From the NCBI GenBank assembly GCA_965228895.1, contig OZ245842.1, positions 1,600,001-1,664,000 of the forward strand: a DNA stretch of 64,000 nt, read 5' to 3'. Below the pieces are notes generated by a model. The model was given only the letters and a program-made list of their open reading frames with translations. It searched no databases and had not been told where the DNA came from. Of the stretch, positions 58,516 through 64,000 are shown piece by piece; within the stretch, counting starts at the first letter, position 1, and every line of letters begins with the position of its first letter. The translations under genes and the position numbers were made by a program. Origin of the DNA: Alphaproteobacteria bacterium. GTDB taxonomy: Bacteria; Pseudomonadota; Alphaproteobacteria; SP197.

Positions 58516-59523
58516 TCACGACAATCGGTCGCGCGCCAGCGGTGATGTCGAACAGTGAATGCCGCCGCCGCCGCGCCAGACGGCCTCGTAGTCGAGCTGG
58601 ATGACCTCGACACCCGCTTTGTCGAGCTTCTCCAGCGTGCGATCCGACGTCTCGCTCATGATCACGCGGCCCGGCGCGATTGCCAGACAGTTGATGGTGA
58701 AGGGTTCGTCTTCCGGCGACAGTTCGATCAGCCTGACGCCACGCGTCTGGAGCTCCTCCATGAAGGCGAAGGGCAGCAGGATCGGGTTGACTAGGGCGGT
58801 GTCGACATCGAGCATCACGAACATGCCGTCGATGTGCAGGCGAAAACCCGGCACCTGCATGCGCAGCAGTTCGATACCCATGGGTGCCAGAACTTCGTCG
58901 ATCTGACGCGCCGCTTCTTCGTTGACCCGGCTCGAAATGCCGATCACCGCCGTCTTTTCGTTGATCCAGGCAAAGCTGCCGCCTTCGCAGATGCCCGTGC
59001 CGTTGATGGTACGCAGGATCGGCATGCCCAGCTTGGCGAGGGTTCGCGATGCCGGCATCTCCTCGCCGCGCCGTACCCGCGGTCCCAGGCGGCAAACGAT
59101 CGCGCCGCCATCGACAGCGATCACCACGTCGCGCGTGTAGCAGCTTTTCATGCGGCCGGGGGCGCATTCGTCCAGCATGACGACGCGCACCTGATTTTCT
59201 TCCAGCGTCTTGACCAGGGCATCGTGCTGGGCCTGCATGGCCGGAAGGTCGGGCGGTTCCGCGCCGCGCCAATACCATCCGGTTTCGGGGTCGCCATAGG
59301 CGCCGAGCTCGTCGATCTTCTTGTCCGGATCGACGATGTTGAGCTCGTCGCCAGGCCGGTGCATCAGCACCGAGCGCAGGCGGCCGACATCGTTTCGGCA
59401 GCCCCAGACTTGCCCCCAGTTGGATTCCTGTTCCTCTGATGTCTCGAAAGCCGGTTCCGGTTCTGAGGCGAAGGTCTTGATCAACTGGTTATAGCGCACG
59501 TCTTCGGGCGTCATGATCGGCAT
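58516..59523 (-). CDS. Amidinotransferase-fold enzyme (DDAH / arginine deiminase family)
   Basis: LRSVLMHRPG, YTRD, RRGEE, LHID, catalytic Cys in GGGIHCST. Confidence 0.88.
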   Translation of the reverse strand: MPIMTPEDVRYNQLIKTFASEPEPAFETSEEQESNWGQVWGCRNDVGRLRSVLMHRPGDELNIVDPDKKIDELGAYGDPETGWYWRGAEPPDLPAMQAQHDALVKTLEENQVRVVMLDECAPGRMKSCYTRDVVIAVDGGAIVCRLGPRVRRGEEMPASRTLAKLGMPILRTINGTGICEGGSFAWINEKTAVIGISSRVNEEAARQIDEVLAPMGIELLRMQVPGFRLHIDGMFVMLDVDTALVNPILLPFAFMEELQTRGVRLIELSPEDEPFTINCLAIAPGRVIMSETSDRTLEKLDKAGVEVIQLDYEAVWRGGGGIHCSTSPLARDRLS

Positions 59524-59612
59524 GGGGGTCTATCCTCGCTGACGGTGATACCGCATCGTCGGTGTTGCCCGGCCCCGCGTCAATCGCGGCAAACCAAGAA
59601 ATACGCTAATCG

Positions 59613-61715
59613 TCAGTCGCTGAGCACCACCAATGCATCGGCTGCCACGACCGATCCGTCCCGCTTGAGCATGACCGGGTTGACGTCAAGCTCGACAAGC
59701 CGGTCGGCATTGGCCCGGGCAAAGTCTTCGACGGCGCGAATAGCCGCGAAAAGTTCATCTCGCGTGACGCGTTCATCTGGCAGTAACAGTCGATCCAAAG
59801 CGATACTGATCTCGCGATCGCTGGCGGGAATCAGGACCAAGGTGTAATCGCGGATCTGTTCAACATCGACGCCGCCGCGCCCGATCACCAGCGCAAGGCC
59901 CAACTCGGGATGACATTTGACACCGATCAGAAGCTCGTCGGTGACGTCGTCGACCATTGTTTCGACCAACACGCTGTCGAGACAATGATCGGGTGCAGAC
60001 TTCTTGAGGTCGTAACGCATGCCTGCGATGGCGGCGTCGACGTCGTCGACTGTGCGCAGACCAAGCTTGACACCACCCAGCTTGCTCTTGTGCAGTAGGG
60101 TTGCGCTCAGCACCTTCAACGCGACCGGAAAGCCGATTTGGGCGGCAGCCGCGCCGGCTTCCTTGGTCGGGCCGGCCCAGCCATCGGGAACGGGGAGGCC
60201 GTGCGCGGCGAGCGCTTGTTTGCCCGCCCATTCGTCCATGGCATGCGGTGACCCGGAAACCGCGGTAGCTTGAAGCAGCGGGTCCGGCAGTTGCTTTATC
60301 TGGTCAAGCCGCGCGCCGTAGGCCGCCGCTTGTGCCATGGCATCGAGCGTCTCGGTAAATCCGCACAGCGGCGCCACATTGCCGGCGAGGAGTTTGTCGC
60401 GCAGATGCGGTTCCATGCCCTCGGGCAGCAGCGCTGACGCGATGACGGGAAACGCGACGCGTCGGCGCAAGTCGATCAACGCATCGATGGTCGGGTGCCA
60501 CGGCGTATCGCCGCCGGTTTCCCGGCGCGGGACGTCCAGCATGAAGGTCAGGGCGTCGGTCCTGTCTTGGCTAATGCCCTGAAGGCAGGTCGTCATGGAC
60601 TCCGCGTTGTCCATCGAGACTGCGGCGTCAGCGCGCCAAGGCAGATTGAAGTCCAGCGGGTTCGATAGGGTCACGACGTCGGGCAGCGTCGGTTTGATTA
60701 TGGCTTCGACGTCGGCAGGGATCGGCGGCAGTTCCAAGCCGCGATCACGCGCCTGTTCGGCAAGCAGCGTCGCGGCTGCACCGGAATTGGTGACGAAGAA
60801 GGCCCGACTTCCTGACGGTACGCCGGCGACAGCCAAGAGCTTTGTCGTTTCGACGAGTTGTTTGGGCGATGCCACGTCGATCAGTGCGCAGCGGTCGATC
60901 AAGGCGCGCCAAAAGTCGTTGGGCACGGCAAGGTTGCCCGTGTGGCTGAGCGAACGCTCGGCAGAAGCCGGCGTGCCGCCGCCGCGCAGAATCACCACGG
61001 GGACACGGCGCGCCAGTGCCTTGCCCAGCGCGTCAGCCAGGGTGGCGCCGTTCGTTAGACCCTCGACATAGAGACCGATCACGCGGACCCGTTCATCGTC
61101 CAGGGCAAAGTCGATGAGGTCCGCGCTGTCGATGACGGCCTGGTTGCCGACACTGATTCCGTAGCCCATGGGGTAGGCCTGCTCGACACTGATAATGCCG
61201 TAGAGAAACGCGCCACTCTGCGAGATCAGAGCGACGCCGGACCCGTCAACAGGCGGCAACGGGTTGTACTCGCCCCACAGCGCGGCGCCGTCGAAGGCAT
61301 TGAGCACGCCCATGCAATTGGGGCCGATAACCGCCATGTCGCCGGCTGCCTCAGCCAGCTTTTCCTGAGCCACGCTGAACGCACCACCCAGCTCGCCGAA
61401 GCCGGCGGCATGACAGACGGCGCCGCCGGCACCCATCTGGGCGAGTTGAGCCACCATGTCGATCGAGCCTTCCCGCGACAAGGCGATGAACGCGGCATCC
61501 GGCGCCTCGTCCAAATCATCGAGAGATGGGGTGCACGGGATGTCCGCCAGCTTTTCGTAACGCGGGTTGACGGCAATGATCTCGCCGGTGAAGCCGCTGT
61601 CCCGGCACATCGCGATACAACGCTCCAGGTGACGCCCACCGATGAAAGCAATCTGTCGTGGCTTCAGCATACGAGCGAGGTTTGCGCGTTGCCGCTTGCG
61701 GCGTTGATCGTTCAT
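59613..61715 (-). CDS. Acyl-CoA synthetase (NDP-forming), acetate--CoA ligase family
   Basis: CoA-binding domain, GPNCMG, SQSG, phospho-His in SHTG, NPLD, ATP-grasp HKS..GGV, ELDVNP. Confidence 0.9.
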   Translation of the reverse strand: MNDQRRKRQRANLARMLKPRQIAFIGGRHLERCIAMCRDSGFTGEIIAVNPRYEKLADIPCTPSLDDLDEAPDAAFIALSREGSIDMVAQLAQMGAGGAVCHAAGFGELGGAFSVAQEKLAEAAGDMAVIGPNCMGVLNAFDGAALWGEYNPLPPVDGSGVALISQSGAFLYGIISVEQAYPMGYGISVGNQAVIDSADLIDFALDDERVRVIGLYVEGLTNGATLADALGKALARRVPVVILRGGGTPASAERSLSHTGNLAVPNDFWRALIDRCALIDVASPKQLVETTKLLAVAGVPSGSRAFFVTNSGAAATLLAEQARDRGLELPPIPADVEAIIKPTLPDVVTLSNPLDFNLPWRADAAVSMDNAESMTTCLQGISQDRTDALTFMLDVPRRETGGDTPWHPTIDALIDLRRRVAFPVIASALLPEGMEPHLRDKLLAGNVAPLCGFTETLDAMAQAAAYGARLDQIKQLPDPLLQATAVSGSPHAMDEWAGKQALAAHGLPVPDGWAGPTKEAGAAAAQIGFPVALKVLSATLLHKSKLGGVKLGLRTVDDVDAAIAGMRYDLKKSAPDHCLDSVLVETMVDDVTDELLIGVKCHPELGLALVIGRGGVDVEQIRDYTLVLIPASDREISIALDRLLLPDERVTRDELFAAIRAVEDFARANADRLVELDVNPVMLKRDGSVVAADALVVLSD

Positions 61716-61751
61716 GACCTGGCGTTCCGGGTGTGAGGGCGTGAATTGACG

Positions 61752-63194
61752 TCAGGCGGAAGACGATGACGGCTGAGCAGTCGACGTCGTGTCAGCGACA
61801 CCGGCGGCGACCAGCTTGCCGAGCCGCTTGGTCAAGGGTCCGACCCGACCGCCGTCCCGATCGGCGCGGTCGATCTTGCCGACGGCCCGGCGCACCAGCT
61901 TGGTGCCGATCCAGCGGATGGGTTCGACGGGAAATTCGGGATTGGGTGGCCGCACCAGGCCAAGCTGAGTCAGCTCGTCCGGTGTTTCCAGGACGAGGGA
62001 TGCCAGCACCTTGCCGGCCAGCCGACAGGGCCCGACGCCGTCGCCGGAGAAACCCGTCGCATGGACAATGTCGGGTGCGCCGGGCAGGGGGCCGAACACC
62101 GGCAAGCCGTCGCGTGACCGGTCGATCGGTCCCGACCAGGCATAGGCGGCCTCCAGACCCGGCATGATGAGGTCGAGCTCCAGACGACGCCGGTCACCGT
62201 CCAACAGGCGCGCCGTGTCCTCTTCGAACGAGGCGTCGACATGGCCGCCTAGCGCCAAAGCTTGGCCGGGTTTGCCGAACAGCACGCGCCCGCCCACGGT
62301 CGGCCTGAGCGAGTTAATCAGATTATAGGAATCGTTGACGCATGGGCCGTCGGCGAAACCCGTCTCTCTGAGGCGCTCGGGCTGCGGCGGCGTCATCGCG
62401 TTGGCATAGCCGGTCACCATGATGAAACGGCGCAGCTCCGGCAGGCGCGCGCTCCACGCGTTCATGGCGATCACCACCTTGTCCGCGGTAATCGATCCGC
62501 GGTCGGTATGGACCACTGGCGGTCGGCGCCGCGCAAGACCGGTCAGGCCTGTGTGTTCGTGGATGGTGACGCCGCGCTCAAGCGCGACCCGTCTCAGTCC
62601 GCGGACCAGCTTGGCCGGCTGCAGGTGTCCGGCGGTGCGGTCGAGCATGCCGGAGATCATGCCGGTCAGACCCCAACGGCTTGCAATCTCGGCGCCGCTG
62701 AGTTCCTCATAGGGTGTCACCTGGTGGCGGGCCAAGTCGTCGATCATGGCGGGCCAGTGACCGTCGTGCTGGGGCCGCGTCGCCGCGAGCAGCCAGCCTT
62801 GCCGGCGTATCTCGGCGTCGATCCCGTTGTCGTTGCAGAACTGGATCAGTTCCTCGATAGCCTGATCGACGGCGCGGCCGATCGCGATTGCTTCGTCACG
62901 GCCGAACCGGCGTTTCAACGTCGCGAACTTGGCCCAAAGGTTGAGCAGGTAGCCGGCGTTGCGGCCGCTGGCGCCCCAGCCGCAGATGTCCCGTTCGATC
63001 AGAACGACATCGAGCGACGGTTCGCGTGTTTTCAAGTCGATCGCGGTCCACAAGCCGGTATAGCCGCCGCCAACAATGATGACGTCAGCGCGGCGGTTGC
63101 CGTCCAGGGGCGGCGCGACATGACCGGGCGTTTCCAGCGCCAGCGCTTCGTCCAGCCAATAGTTGCGGTGAATGACTCGTTCTGGCGTTGCCAT
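61752..63194 (-). CDS. FAD-dependent oxidoreductase (PuuB / gamma-glutamylputrescine oxidase-like)
   Basis: NYWL, VIIVGGGYTGLW, GASGRNAG, QPAKLVRGL, WSGPID, GFSGDGV. Confidence 0.87.
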   Translation of the reverse strand: MATPERVIHRNYWLDEALALETPGHVAPPLDGNRRADVIIVGGGYTGLWTAIDLKTREPSLDVVLIERDICGWGASGRNAGYLLNLWAKFATLKRRFGRDEAIAIGRAVDQAIEELIQFCNDNGIDAEIRRQGWLLAATRPQHDGHWPAMIDDLARHQVTPYEELSGAEIASRWGLTGMISGMLDRTAGHLQPAKLVRGLRRVALERGVTIHEHTGLTGLARRRPPVVHTDRGSITADKVVIAMNAWSARLPELRRFIMVTGYANAMTPPQPERLRETGFADGPCVNDSYNLINSLRPTVGGRVLFGKPGQALALGGHVDASFEEDTARLLDGDRRRLELDLIMPGLEAAYAWSGPIDRSRDGLPVFGPLPGAPDIVHATGFSGDGVGPCRLAGKVLASLVLETPDELTQLGLVRPPNPEFPVEPIRWIGTKLVRRAVGKIDRADRDGGRVGPLTKRLGKLVAAGVADTTSTAQPSSSSA

Positions 63195-63335
63195 GGCGAC
63201 CCGCGCGCGGACATAAGACCCATCGAGTCTAAACCCAAGTCGGCGATGGTCCACCACGGAAACGCTGCCGTTTCGGGTTTTCCAACCGGCCTCTTGGCGA
63301 TTAGGTTGAGCCCCAGTCTTCCTGGGGGTCCAGCC

Positions 63336-64000
63336 ATGAGCCGCGACGAACGCTACGACATCCTGTTTGAGCCCGTGACCATCGGGCCGGTCACGGCCAA
63401 GAACCGGTTCTTCCAAGTGCCGCACTGCACCGGCATGGGCTCGAACTGGCCGCTGTCTCACGCTGCGTTTCGTCGCCAGCGTGCCGAGGGCGGCTGGGCC
63501 GTCATATGCACCGAAGAAACCATGATCCATCCGACATCGGACGCCTATCCCGGTGCGTCCATGCGGTTGTGGGATGACGACGACATCAAGACCTTCGCCC
63601 TGGCCGCTGATGCCGTGCACGAGCACGGATCGCTGTTCGGGGTCGAGCTGGTGCATGGCGGCCTGTCACGGGCCAACCGCACCAGCCGCATGACACCGAT
63701 GGGCCCGTCCCATTCGGCCAACAAGTACCCGACCAGGCCGCAGGCGCGCGGCATGGACAAGACCGACATCAAGGAGTTCCGACGTTGGCACCGGGATGCG
63801 GCGATCCGGGCGAAAAAGGCCGGCACCGACGTTGTCTACATCTATGCCGCCCACAACATCGCGCTGCCCATGCACTTCCTGTTGCCACGCTATAACCGGC
63901 GCAGCGACGAGTACGGCGGCAAGCTGGAAAACCGTGTGCGTCTGCTGCGCGAAGTTCTGGAGGATACCCACGAGGCGGTCGGCGATACCTGCGCGGTCGC
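63336..64000 (+). CDS. Trimethylamine/dimethylamine/histamine dehydrogenase family flavoprotein, 3'-truncated by window edge
   Basis: Not in the ORF track. Reads MSRDERYDILFEPVTIGPVTAKNRFFQVPHCTGMG with the FMN-linking Cys in VPHC; AEGGW, YAAH, RSDEYGGKLENR. Confidence 0.88.
   Translation, partial: MSRDERYDILFEPVTIGPVTAKNRFFQVPHCTGMGSNWPLSHAAFRRQRAEGGWAVICTEETMIHPTSDAYPGASMRLWDDDDIKTFALAADAVHEHGSLFGVELVHGGLSRANRTSRMTPMGPSHSANKYPTRPQARGMDKTDIKEFRRWHRDAAIRAKKAGTDVVYIYAAHNIALPMHFLLPRYNRRSDEYGGKLENRVRLLREVLEDTHEAVGDTCAV

Overview
GC-rich alphaproteobacterial chromosomal window, probably a Rhodospirillales-like heterotroph (inferred from gene content and synteny only). A short conserved core block (tRNA-Thr, small ORF, murA, DUF2948, UPF0262, LMW phosphatase, infA, maf, RNase E/G, yacG, tRNA-Phe; ~28.6-34.3 kb) is surrounded by accessory metabolic genes. 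These include an RND pump with a FAD oxidoreductase, penicillin acylase and GH3 gene, gapR with an XRE-S24 regulator, a split CBS/CGL pair, and TPP-riboswitch-controlled thiBPQ. A ~24 kb amine/amide catabolic region (40.4-64 kb) holds a polyamine-type ABC transporter, GMC oxidoreductase, ALDH, an M19/DMFase-like/FrhB/MlrC/SDR operon, two tandem proline-iminopeptidase-family genes, an amidinotransferase-fold enzyme, an acyl-CoA ligase, a flavin oxidase and a TMADH-family gene cut by the window end. I saw no integrase, transposase, prophage structural gene or CRISPR array. The best leads are a solitary two-domain EctC-like cupin with an altered substrate pocket, a DMFase-large-subunit operon lacking the small subunit, short in-frame low-GC patches inside high-GC genes, and a PotB permease with a ~110-aa coiled-coil insertion. 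All calls come from motif recognition by eye; no database searches were run.
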